Assembly: GCA_018398765.1 (NCBI GenBank)
Contig: JAHBMJ010000145.1
Coordinates: forward strand, 1-55,092
Direction of reading: 5' to 3'
Length of the DNA: 55,092 bases
Origin: Chromera velia
Lineage: Eukaryota
Made by a program: the position numbers and the translations under genes. Below the pieces are notes generated by a model. It had not been told where the DNA came from, made no database searches, and saw only the letters and a program-made list of their open reading frames with translations. This document shows, in pieces, positions 35,017-46,955 of the stretch (position 1 is its first letter; the number at the start of each line of letters is the position of its first letter).

Positions 35017-36306
35017 GTGATGTGGAGCATGTGGACGGTCTCCCTGGCGCTTAGTTTTCTTTTGAGCGTTCATGGAAGCCTGCAAATCCCAAGAGGTTTT
35101 TTGCGTTCCAAGGAAGGTTTTCTGCAAGCCCGGTTCAGGCAAGTCCCCTCTCGCAGAATGCGGATGGAGAGGCGCGTGCCAGTCTATGGTCTTCGAGAGT
35201 GGGCGACCAATTGGTCGAGCAGCAGGAACGGCAATAACACTAATACGCAGCGACGCCAACCTGTGCTCACAGCACCCCCCAAGTACGACCCTCTGCCGAC
35301 CATCGCACCAGGAATCATCCACAGATGTCTTTCTGAAGCTGTAAAGCGGCATTTTTTCCTTCTTGCCCGCGTCTTGTCGTTTGCAGGCAACCACTTCGAA
35401 CCTTTCTCGAGAGGATTGGTCCGGAGAAAGCCTCCCTGGTCGGTCCCTTGACTCTTTCTCCCCCTGTGTGTCGGTGGCTCCCTCCATGCACTCATCATCT
35501 ACACTATCTGACGCAACCTACCCCTGCATGCCTCTATGCAGGTCAGCATTCCGTACGAGGAGCAGCTGTACTTCGCCTCTTGCGTCGCAGCCACGCTGAC
35601 GGGGGCCCTTCTCGGAAAGGGGGTCAGTCAATAGAGGTGTGCAGGTCCCGAATGAGAAACGTCTACGCAGACTCCGGTTCTTGTGAATGGGGCCTCGTCT
35701 TTCCTTCTGTGGTGTAAAGACATGCTTTGACCGTACTTATTTGCTCTTTGTGCGTTGCAGCTTCTTGGAAGGGGTTTCTTTGGCGCTGCGCTGGGGTTGA
35801 TCTACGGTATCGAGTACTCCCGGATAGACGGGTCAGTGTAGGCACTAAGACCTGAAACGGACTTTCCCTTTACGCTTTTGTTCGACGGAATTCCTCATCA
35901 GCCTCCTTCGCTTTTGTGGTTTGCGCGTCATTGAGTGTCAGAGACAAACCTCTTTCGTTTTCCTGCAGGAAGTACGCCGCTTGGTTGGCCGTCTTTGGCC
36001 GCTACATTCTCTTGGCGTATTACAAAACAGGTGTCTTCGTGGAGGACGTCAAATTTAATGTTCGGGTCAGAGGGAAAGCTTTGGAGAGATAGAGGAACAG
36101 ATGGAAAGACAGGCTGGCAGACAGACATGCAGGAAGGCACGTGGAGAGGCAGGCAGTTGGACAGGCAGACTGACAATTTCAAATCGAAGAGTAAAAAAGG
36201 GAAGGGAAAATAAAGAATCGTCCAATCAGGGCCCAGGAAGTGACAGGTCAACGGATGGCACACAAACAGGTAGGAAGAGAGAGAGACATCCAAATGGAGA
36301 GGAAGA

Positions 36307-36348
<42 letters not shown>

Positions 36349-36925
36349 CAGGCAGGCAGGCAGGCAGACAGACAGACAAACCGACAGACGAAGCAACGTA
36401 TGACGAGACACGCAAAGACGACAGGCTGGATTGCAGTCGAGGTCTAGTGCACTGCACATCGAGTAGTGGGAAAGAAAATGCATCCGAGAAGGACGAACAG
36501 GATACATGCAAAGGGGACTCTTAAAAAACAAAGTTTTCCTTTCCGCCCTTGGGCTTGACTCATCGCCCTTCAATAAGGACTTCTTTTCGGCTTTCTTGCT
36601 CTGATCCTCCGTTTCGCGGCGGCCTCTGCAGGCATGGAGCGTGTATCAGAAAGGCTTCAAGAAGTTTGAACAGCTGGATACACAGGTCAGCAGACTCCTC
36701 TCAGAAAAGCTCCGCTCTAAACAATTTCAGTCAACGAAAGGAAAATCGGAGATGAATAACCTGAATATCAGCCAAATCAGAAACAAAACACCCAACAGCA
36801 CACCAAAAACTAAAGACATGCCCCCTTGTCCCATTTCTCCCCATCTCTCTCTCCCTCCCCCAGTTTCTCCCTCTGTATGGGAGCGTGCGTGCGTGCGTGC
36901 GTGCGTGCGTGAGTGCGTGCGTGCG

Positions 36926-37001
<76 letters not shown>

Positions 37002-38465
37002 TGTGTGTGTGTGAAAGGAATGAGAAAGAAAGGCTGTAGGAGACTGAAACTCTCGCAACGGCCGCCAGACCGGAAACATCAAAGCGGAACTTCTCATTGG
37101 TACCGGACTCTTCTTGCGGATGATTTAGAAGTCCTGCAGTTATTCGCTGTCGTGACCGAATTGTGGCTTTCTTTTTTGCAGTACAAAATTGTCGAGCGAG
37201 CCCAGTTCTTTGACGAAAAGTATGAGGTCTCTCGAAAACTTCATGAAGGTCAGTCACTGAAGAAGAACAAGATGGAGAATCGGTTGTGACTCCTTGATAG
37301 TCGCTCTCTGCATCATTTTCAGTTTAAGAAAGACATATTGTCCATCAGGAAGTGTGGTTTTTCCTCCATGTGATTCAAACCCCGCTCATTGTCACAGATA
37401 CTCGTTAGAGGTGTTCTTGTCCTGTTTTGCAAGACAAGGCATCCATCCCTCAGCACTGACACACACTGTGTCCAGTGTCTTGAATGGTCAATGGATACGT
37501 ATGATTGTGAGGATGGGCCCCATGTCCTTGAGTTTGTTTTTACGACGTGTGAGCATGCAGGGTATGAGGGGGTCCAGGGTGCCCTTGTGGGTGCTGCACA
37601 CTCTGTCAGTCAGTCTGCCTGTCCGTCTCTAAGTGCCTTTATTGTAGCGGACCTCACCAAGTTTCTGCTCATTTCATGTGCCGGAACCATGATTCATCTG
37701 TGCTCGCTCCGTTCGTTTCTCCCTTCACTCCTTCGTCTTCTTTTCTTTTCTTTTCTTTTCTCGGGTCTTTTCCCTTTTTCATTTCTTCCTTCTCTTTTTT
37801 GTTTCATTGTTTCTGTGTGTGTCTGTGGATGTGCATACGTGTCTTCCTTTCTTTCCTTCCGTCATTCGCTCGCTCGTTTTTCTTTCTCTCCCTCACCTTT
37901 TCGGTCATTTTTCCTTCACATTCGCCCTGGCTCTCTGTGCACTCAATAAAGCATTCATTTCTCTCATCCAACCCCGTCCTGCGCTTTTTCTTTTCTTTAC
38001 AAACAATGTGATTGACTGAGCCATTCTTCATTTCTTGTTGACCTTAAATTGGTTCGGGTCTTTGTGTGAGCACGTGCATTGCTTTACTTGGGTATAAGAC
38101 TAAGCGAGAGACGCAATGTGTGCAACAAAGCTGCCAGGGCGCAACGAATATTGCTGTGTCCTCAAACAACGTTCTGAAAGTTTTCTTCATTTTCATTTCA
38201 TACTTCCCCACCTGTGTGTACGCATTCAGGCTAACCAGTTCGCGGAAAAGCTGGCGGTGGGGTTGGGCCACTGGTAAGTCCCCCGTCTGCACTGCAGACC
38301 GTGAGGCAACTACAGAGACAGATTGAGACAGTCAGAGATCGGTACAGAAACATACAGACGCAGACGCAGGTAAAGGAATAAACAGAAAATGAAAGGCACA
38401 GGCACACACAGACAGATATGGACAGACACAAGCTTACTGCAGACTGACCGACGGAGATTAGGAAA

Positions 38466-38498
<33 letters not shown>

Positions 38499-38988
38499 GA
38501 GACCGACAAACAAACAAACAGACCAAGCAACACTCATTTTTGAGCAGTCTAAAGATCCTTCCTTCCTGTTGCGCCTTGCCGAAAGCTCCTTTCGAAGGGG
38601 GCTCTCCCTTTGCATGAAGGTTTGAGAAAAGGTGTGTTTTCCGTTGAGAAAGCAACTGATGGTCATGAGACAACGAGTGTAGACAAGAAAATGGGAAGGC
38701 TGACCAAAGAGGCATCCATCCAAAAACTCCGGGCAGGACTTGCTCCTGTAGGGAAGTAATTAGTTTGCAACGAATACAGAATCATTAACTTCTGTTCTGA
38801 ATTGCTGCAGGCTGGACCGTGCAACGCTGCCGCCTGAGAAGCGTCAGCCCTCAGAGGTGGAGGAGAGGCAGGAACGGGAGCAAGACCTTATGGAGAAAAG
38901 AAGGAAAAAACAAATGGAGGAAGAGGAGGAACGAAGAAGGGAGGCTGAAAGGAAAGGCTCAAGTCGAAACAAAAAACCGCGGCGGTAA
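35017..38988 (+). CDS. Hypothetical multi-exon membrane protein, probable signal peptide, charged C-terminus; 5' exon structure uncertain
   Basis: Phase-consistent splice path ...VFLKL|QPLRTFLERIGPEKASL|VSIPYEEQLYFASCVAATLTGALLGKG|LLGRGFFGAALGLIYGIEYSRIDG|KYAAWLAVFGRYILLAYYKT...FNVR|AWSVYQKGFKKFEQLDTQ|YKIVERAQFFDEKYEVSRKLHE|GYEGVQGAL|ANQFAEKLAVGLGHW|LDRATLPP...KKPRR*. Hydrophobic leader MMWSMWTVSLALSFLLSVHG. Confidence 0.7.
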
Positions 38989-39090
38989 ATGTTCAGCCAT
39001 GTTGATACATGTTTAAATGAATTATCAGGCGCTTGTAATACTGCCTTGTATGTAACGGTTAAGTTTTTAATAACTTTTTACTATGGACAT

Positions 39091-39390
39091 TATGTGAAAG
39101 CTCTCGAAGACTGACGTCCAAAGTTATGTTCTAAGATTTTAAAAAATAATCTTCCCTCTTAATTGCAAAATATTATACCGACTCTGTTTCTGTTGCTTTA
39201 TGTGTAAAGAGTTTGCAAGACTGAAGTGCGAAGTTGTATCACCAGATATGAAAAATTGATTGTCCCAAACGCTTGAGTAATTCAGTTCTCCCTTTTTTAA
39301 AAAATCACTTTATATGTAAAAACTGTACAAAAGTGAAGCCGCAAGCTTGGTTTTTATTCCTTTTTATGTAAAAAGTGTGTAAAGCCAGCA
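39091..39390. repeat. Degenerate tandem repeat of about 110 bp (about 3 units) inside an AT-rich block
   Basis: Units start at 39091, 39199 and 39311, each like tatgtg(t)aaag...aagactgaagt...aag. Units 1 and 2 also share the agat...aaaaa...t.tccc tail. Confidence 0.6.
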
Positions 39391-40097
39391 TTTTTTAAAT
39401 ACTAAGGCTGATAGGATAGAATTAGATAGAAATATGTGGTGTTAATGTGTAGTGAGCCTTAAATTCATTTCTGGGTTTATTTATATCCGATCGTCCTTCT
39501 CCACTTTTAAATTTTAATTTGTAGGTACATTTTTTTTAAGAAGATAAAATTCAAATTCATGCATAGTGTTTTTGTTTGTGTTTTGACAGTGTTCATACGT
39601 TTATGATTCTAGTCTTTTATTTGTTTTTTGGGGGGGGGGGGGGGGGGGGGTGCAGTTATGCACGAGACAGCGAGAGAACTTTTTTCCCTATCCAAAAAAC
39701 TCGACGAGTTTTTCTTTAAAAACTCTTAATCCGACGTCTTCACTGCATGGGCCCCCAACCGGCTAGCTAGCTCGACTCCGCCATCGCGGGTCGACTATAT
39801 ACGCTGCGCACGCGAAGGATCAGCTGCATGGATGCATGCGCATGCAACAACGCCTGACCTTTGCATGCATTCACATTTCGAATTCATGCAGCACATGCAG
39901 CTCCCCTATACATTGAGGTGAGTCCTACAAAGCAGCGACCTGGTCGAGTATTTCCTTTGTCAGTTCACCATAGCTCATCCTGCGGGCTCGCTTGCAAGTG
40001 CCTGCTACGTCCTTTCTGTTCAATTTGTTTTCCTTTCGTGTCAGACGATCGAACCTATTTCGACAGCGACTCAAAGTTTTGCGGAACCCTCCACACA

Positions 40098-41863
40098 ATG
40101 CAGCCCAATCAGCCGCCAATTCCTCAACAGCAGCAAATGGTCAGCAACGCTTCTCGCTGTAAGCTTCTTGCATCATGCAGCACAAGGCAAGGTTTTCTCT
40201 TTTTTGCTGAGGTCTTCTTCAGTCCATATTGAATGATCTCAAATGCTTGCAGAGCACATACCCTCAAATGGGACCTCCAGCAGGAGCGCAACCACCCCCC
40301 GAGGGCTACGCTGGGCAGGCGCCCCCCCCCTTTGTCCACCCTGGAACGATGCCCGAACCCCCTCAGACACAGCCCCTCATGCAGGCCCAAGGCTACCCCC
40401 CTCAACCGGCACAGGGTTATCCGCCCCAACCAGCACAAGGATACCCTCCCCAACCCGCTCAAGGATACCCTCAAGCTGAGCAGGTGAAGCAGCAGCACTA
40501 CCCCAAGGGTTTCCATCCAGGTGCCAATGGAGCTCCAGTGCCGCCTGGCCCAGGAGGTCCTCAGGTGTATGCGCCCCCGATCATGGTCATGGATCCCATG
40601 ACGATGCTCGCACGTCAGTTCGACCGGAGTGTCTGACCTTTCTGCATGTTTTCGTAGCTTGAGGGTCTGAGCTTTGTCCATGCCAGACATGCACAACTCT
40701 CTGAATTTTGTACTTCAATGTTCACCATTCTTCCCCCCATCTGGCCGCCACCTCGTCTTTGCAAGCTTTGACCATTGGTTTAAAGCGCCCTCCTTGCAAG
40801 AACAAAGGGTTTCTCTCCGCGAGCGTCTATGTTGGCATGAGTCTTTCCAGCTGTTTCTCCCTCCGTCTATCACTAGATAGGTGCTCAACTGTCTGCTTGT
40901 CGCCCATGTATTGAACCGTCTGTCTCTCGATTTGTTTCTCTGCCGTTCGATCTTTTTGTCGAGGGATCCGTCTCTTTGTCTCTTTTCAGGCAGGAGACGA
41001 CGCACCTGCCTTTGTCTCCCGGCTCGCTTCCAGACTAAGCCTGCGTCGTTCAATTGCCACTTTTGCCCGTCTCCGAAAAGATTCTTCGACATTTTTGCCT
41101 CCTTTTTCTGCCTGCCTGTGCAGAGCAAGAGAGAGTGTATGTGAAGGAGAAGCTGCGTTTGATTGAGCTTCTGGGCATTGACGCTGCGAACAAGTGAGTC
41201 GGTGTTCTGGCGAGTGCATGGGAGAAACCATGACCCCAGATGGAGAAAAAGAGCCCCAGGTGTTTGCGAGAGGGCTGCAGGAAGAAAAGAAGAGAGAAAG
41301 AGAGGGGCGAGTGTTCTTCGCTCCATCGCTGTTGAACAGGGCAAAATAATACTAGACAGAGGGACGGGCAGAGCGCTGGTTCTGTACTAAGATTTCGTGT
41401 CTTTCTTTCACTCTCTCTCTTTGTCTCTTCCTTGAATTTCTTGATCAGCTCACTTGCATATATAACTGTGCATATATAACTGTTTGCCGGGTTACTTGCT
41501 TGATCCATATCATTGCCTGCGTGTCTGTCTGCTTGCTTGCTTGCAATCTGTGGGTAAGCGTGTCAGCCCTTTCTCTCATTGTGCATGTGTGCATTTATGC
41601 AGGTACGTTATCAGGGACACCTACAAGAACAATCTTTTTGTTGCCAAAGAAACGACAGGGTGTTGCGAGAGAAACTGCATCCCGTCAGTCCGTTAAAGGC
41701 CTCATAGGTTTTCTTCTTTTCTCTCAGTGTGTCAGTTTCGTTTATGGGTGGACTTCTGCTACTTCTCTACATGAAGTTTTCTTCTTCATCTCTCTTGGTC
41801 TGTCACTTTACTGCGTTCGCTCCCCGTCTTTCAATCTGCCTGCCTGCCTGCCTGCCTGTCTGC

Positions 41864-41894
<31 letters not shown>

Positions 41895-41960
41895 CCTGTT
41901 TGCCTGTTTGCCTGTTTGCTTGTTTGCCTGTTTGCCTGTTTGCCTGTTTGCCTGTTTTCC

Positions 41961-41992
<32 letters not shown>

Positions 41993-42042
41993 CGAGTCTG
42001 TCTGTCTGTTTGCCTGTCTGTCTGTCTGTATGTATGTATGTT

Positions 42043-42077
<35 letters not shown>

Positions 42078-42350
42078 TTGTCTGTCTGTGAAGCAATGCT
42101 TGACGAGCGTTTTGAGGACCACGAACTCACAAACGTCATGGCCGTTGCCTCTTCGCTTTCCCTCGCTCCGCGCAGGCCTGATTGTCGCCCGTTCAATATG
42201 GAAATGTACCAAGCGAGTCAGTCTGTCAGTCTGTTGGTTGGCGTCTTTGGCCGTCTGGAAAATATTGACACGAGAGCGAGGGTCTGATGCGCAGGACGAA
42301 AGAGAAAAGTCAAGCGTAAGATGCCCAGAGGCAGAAAGGGTCTCTTCGCC

Positions 42351-42386
<36 letters not shown>

Positions 42387-43327
42387 GTGTGTGTGTGGGG
42401 GGGGGGGGGGGGGGGGNNNNNNNNNNGGGGGGGGGGGGAGGGGGGGTGCCAGAGATCCTTTTTCTGCTTCTACTTCTTTTTAGTTTTTTTTTCTGTCTTC
42501 TTGGTCACTTCTATTCCTGCTTGCTGCCTGGCTGCAGTCCCCGGAGCCCCCCCTCAGACTTTCCTCAGGGCAGAGCGGCCCTGCCAGTGGACCTGCTGTT
42601 GTCTCAACAGACCCAAAATGGAAGTCATGAACACAAACACAGGTAGGTTCGTCAGCTGTTGTCTCAACAGACCCAAAATGGAAGTCATGAACACCAACAC
42701 AGGTAGGTTCGTCAGCTAGCCAGTGGTATTAATTCGTTACACACGACCGAACAGGCAAGTAGGTAGGAAACCAATCAAAAAAGACCATCGAGACGTATTT
42801 GAAGGATCGATCAGATGACGCCAGTAGGCAATTTGGGTGCGTGGCCAGGAACCCATGACTGCACTGGGTGTCCTGGTCTTCTTTTCTTGTCCTTCCAAAC
42901 CATGGGTAAACCTATCTCTCTGTTTGCTGACTGCCTGCCTGCCTGCCTGCCTGCCTGCCTACCTATCCCTGTGTCTTCCCTTGTCTCAGACTTTCTCCAG
43001 CTACATTTTGTCCCCTCCTCTCGCTTTTGCATCTTGACCCACCAGTCTGTCCTCCTACATCGTCAGCCGTGTTTCCCCTTTTCTTTGTGTGTGCAGGGCA
43101 GCGCATGGGATTTGTGACTGACCCCTTCGCCTGCTGCAAATTCACCTTCAAAATCCACGACGCCAACGTCAGCTGCCTGCAACTTGTCGTACTGCTTCAC
43201 TGTGTCTTGCACCTCCAAACCATAGATATGACACATCTCAACCACGTCGATACCTTTGAAATGAGTTACACACCCTCTTCGTGTCCGGGGCTGTCTTGCG
43301 TAGTCCCACCCAGCTAGTTGAATCTGA

Positions 43328-43365
<38 letters not shown>

Positions 43366-45074
43366 GTGCCTGTCCTCCCATTCTACGGACTGGCTTGTCT
43401 GCGACTGCACAAAGGTCCGTTGACAATTTTTTCACACCTTTCCTTCTCTTTTGGTCAGTGCGGTCAGTACAGATGCATGACTGGTGATCCAATCTCTAGA
43501 TTTACTTGGTAGCCCTTTCCTCACCTCAACCCCCCCACGTCCCTCCCTGTGTGCAGGAACAAGAGCGTCTCCTCATCGAAGGCGACTGCTGCCAACCTGG
43601 ACTCTGCTGCAAGTGTCCCTGTGGTTCGTCTCGTCTGTTTTTTTGCTCTGTCATGCATCGCCTGCATGTCTGTTTTCTCCCTAGCGGTTTTTAGTTTCTC
43701 CAGCCATTTCTCTACGTCCCCGTCCAACTTGATTTTGTTATCTCTTGGTAAAGCACAACCGAAATTCGCAGCTGCTCCCGTCTATATGTTTTGCGGAACA
43801 CTTTCATTCTCCTGGCATGCGATGAAGATGTGCTCAAAGAAAGATTGCGCGTCAAAAGGAGGCAGGAGGTCTCACTCTTAAGGAGATCAGCACCTACCCT
43901 TTACGGTGTTTCTGACAACTGGGGATCTCATGCGAAGTCTTAGCAATCGACCTTCCTCCCTCACTCTGCCCCCCCCTCTCTCCTCACCTCCAAGACTCCC
44001 TCTCTCTTTCTTCTGCTTCCTTCACATACCGGTCCCCCGTCTTAGTCCTCTCTGTCCCTAAAGAGCAGGTGTATGCTTCTACACAGACACCCATGCCCAT
44101 GCCCCATGCATGCAGGCCCATGCAAGGAGGTCCAGTTCCCTATCACAGACATCGCCACGGGGCTACCTGTGGGGAAGATCACGAAGGTCAGTCAATCAGT
44201 CAGTAATTCAGCCAGTCAATTGATCAGTCGGTCAGGTGCATCTGTCCTGTCTTCTAGGACACTAAGAACTCATCTGTAGAGTTGACTCCACTGCTTCTGC
44301 TGTAGAAAGAGAGTCAGTAGGCTGGTTCGTGCAGAGTAACTCGCTCTTCTATGGGCTGACAGACAGAGAGAAAGAGGTACGGACGTGGAAGCAGACAGAA
44401 GACAGAAAGACCGACAAATCGACATGTCTTTCATCCTTCCACGAGGGAGGGTTTGGGCGAACGAGAAGACAAAAAAGTCACCGTCAGTTTGTGTAAATTC
44501 TCTGTCCGTCTATCACCGCCCCCTGATGCTGCCTTTGTCATCAAACACCTGCATGGAAGCAGACGCGCGCGCGCACCCGCGCGTACACTCGCATGCACGC
44601 ACGCACGCACGCAAACATCTGTTTGACGGTCGATCAATGGACTGGCTGACTGCAGGAGAACAGCTGGAAGGGCGTGCTTCTCGACGACATGGCTGACAAC
44701 TTTTGGTGAGCACCTCGGGCAGTGGTGGGCTGTCGGCTTCATGCATGATTTTGGCCGTGTTTCTTCAAGTTTGAATTTATGTTGACTGAGGCGCGACCAG
44801 CGGAGAGAGCGTGCGGAGAGAAGTAGGTTTACACAATCCAGTGTGCTGAATGCAACCCTTCCTTTGTGCTTTCCTTTACTGCATCCTGTTGGCTTTTTGA
44901 TGGGAATTTCGGAAGGCAGGCAGACAGCTTGAACTTTTTTGGCAGGTTGCAAGGAAGACTCTCCTGCTCACGTCGTTGAAACCGCGACAGTTGTGTCTTT
45001 CTTCAAACCGAGTCCCTCTTTTTCTCCTTCGATCCGCAGATATACATACATGTATGTACTAACACATCCATACG

Positions 45075-45126
<52 letters not shown>

Positions 45127-45292
45127 AACGTTCAGGGTTGAGTTCGGTCACGTCCAGGACCCTCAGTGGAAGGCCTTGCTGGTCTCTGCCGCGATTTTCA
45201 TGGACTTCCGTCTCTTCAACGGAGCAGACTCTCAGAGGAACAACGAAAACGGAGCCGCAGTGGGGGGCCTCATCGCGGCCAGCTTCAGATAG
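40098..45292 (+). CDS. Phospholipid scramblase (PLSCR family), about 11 exons
   Basis: Pro/Gln-rich N-terminus with (AQGYPPQP) repeats; VYVKEKLRLIELLGIDAANK|YVIRD...AKETTGCCERNC; RPFNME; ERPCQWTCCCLNRPKMEV; IEGDCC...CCKCPCG; VGKITK; ADNF|WVEF...KALLVSAAIFMDF*. This is the canonical scramblase motif order. Confidence 0.93.
42595..42717. repeat. 60-bp tandem duplication of an exon end plus its 5' splice site (1 mismatch)
   Basis: gctgttgtctcaacagacccaaaatggaagtcatgaacac(a/c)aacacaggtaggttcgtca occurs twice. Confidence 0.95.
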
Positions 45293-45914
45293 ATGATCAA
45301 CGGAGGTCGGAGGACATCCAAGTGGGCAATCGTGATGTAAATCTGGAGAAGATTCAGCATGGAAGGAAGGCGAATCAAGTCTGATGGAAAAGAAAGCCGA
45401 TGCCAGCAAGTTCAGATCGAGATAAAGGGACCTAAGTTGGTTCATAAAGGACCAACCAGAAGAGTTCTGCCAGGGAATCAAGGAGGTTCTGGTTCCTCAG
45501 AGAATGTGCAGCCGCTCTTCACGCATGTGTGTCTTTCGGAGGCTCTTCATCTGAAGCTGCCCAAGCCCATCTCCATCTTTTTTTCAATAGATTCCTTGCA
45601 TAGACCTCAACCCCCAGTCCAGACAAACTTACAGAAATTTTGATGTCACAAAGAACGAGCACCGCTTCTGGCAGTTGCTATCAATACCCCTGGGCACTTA
45701 TGGTACTACATCATGTCTTCTTCAGGACTGCCAGCAGAGTCTTGCATACCAAACATGCAGTTGGATTTGGGTCTGAATAGGGTTTATAATGTACAGTCGC
45801 GTAATCGCGATTTTGCAACGTATGAGATGCGTCACTGGCAGACGCTGAGTCAAAGAGCTATGTCAGCATGTATCACTGCATGTATGTACCTTTTTCATCC
45901 TTTTTCCCTGCTGT

Positions 45915-46500
45915 AATCCAAAAGTTGTTTTCAACCTATCGATACCAATCTTGTCCATAATGATGAAACAATTAAGTAAAAATAGAATGATAATGAATGA
46001 TATAACTAATCATAAGGTGTGACATCAGTCAGATTTGGTCGAAAATCCACTTCTTATAGTCTAATACTAGATATATAATGTAGATCAAATAAAACCTAAA
46101 ATAAAACACAGTCTCGTTTATATAACTTCCTTACACTAATTTAATTTAATTATTAAAAATTTATTTCTGACTCAAGTTGAATAGAAATTTACAGTAAACT
46201 GCTCTAAAAATTGCTGAATAATGGCACTGCATAAATTAGAGTTTTCGAGTTATTCATGAATAATTAGATGAATAATAACTGAAAACGAATGCATAAAAAC
46301 GATAATACATACACTGGCAGTATAGCACATTCTTTTTATATCATATACATAACTTATAATATCAGTGATGATGATGATTCGCTTATAGTCATTTATATAT
46401 ATAATATACACGATTGTCGTCAAATTGTGAAGCAAGCCTGTAGATGTAACTATTGCAACCGTCAATCAATGCAACGACAATTAAATTAAAGCACTTAGGT
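45915..46500. other. AT-rich intergenic block
   Basis: Low GC; lies between the convergent scramblase and ATP-grasp genes. Confidence 0.8.
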
Positions 46501-46955
46501 AAAGACCGACTCGCGTGTGAGATGGAATCAACTTCAAGTTGGTGCAACTAGGGGTCCGTAGGGGCGCCTAAAGGAGAAAACATGGGGAAGCTAAGGCAAA
46601 ACTAGAGGCAAAAGCATGTAAAAGCAAGATTACTCGGAAGACCATTGTGAAACTTGAAGGTTGCTGAAGGAGCGCTTTTCTTTTGCCAAGTCCCTAGGTG
46701 ACGAAGCAAAAAAAATTCAGAACCCATTTTCTCATGAAAATCTGCGTTAAACTTTCTGTTCTCTTCTTTCTTTTTCTCCCACAATCTCCCCCCGGCGTTC
46801 CGACACACTGGATGGAATTCAAGAGAAAAGGTGACTTGGCACAGACCACGGCCTCCAGTGAAGCGTCCTTGCTTGCCCGGACGCTTTCATGAAAACGGAT
46901 TTCAAAATTGACTTCTTCTTCCCTGTAAGAGGGCATCTAAATCCTAGCTGCAGCT

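Noticed and set aside
39091..39390. CRISPR-like repeat-spacer array
   Set aside because: Units are degenerate along their whole length, the context is eukaryotic and there are no cas genes.
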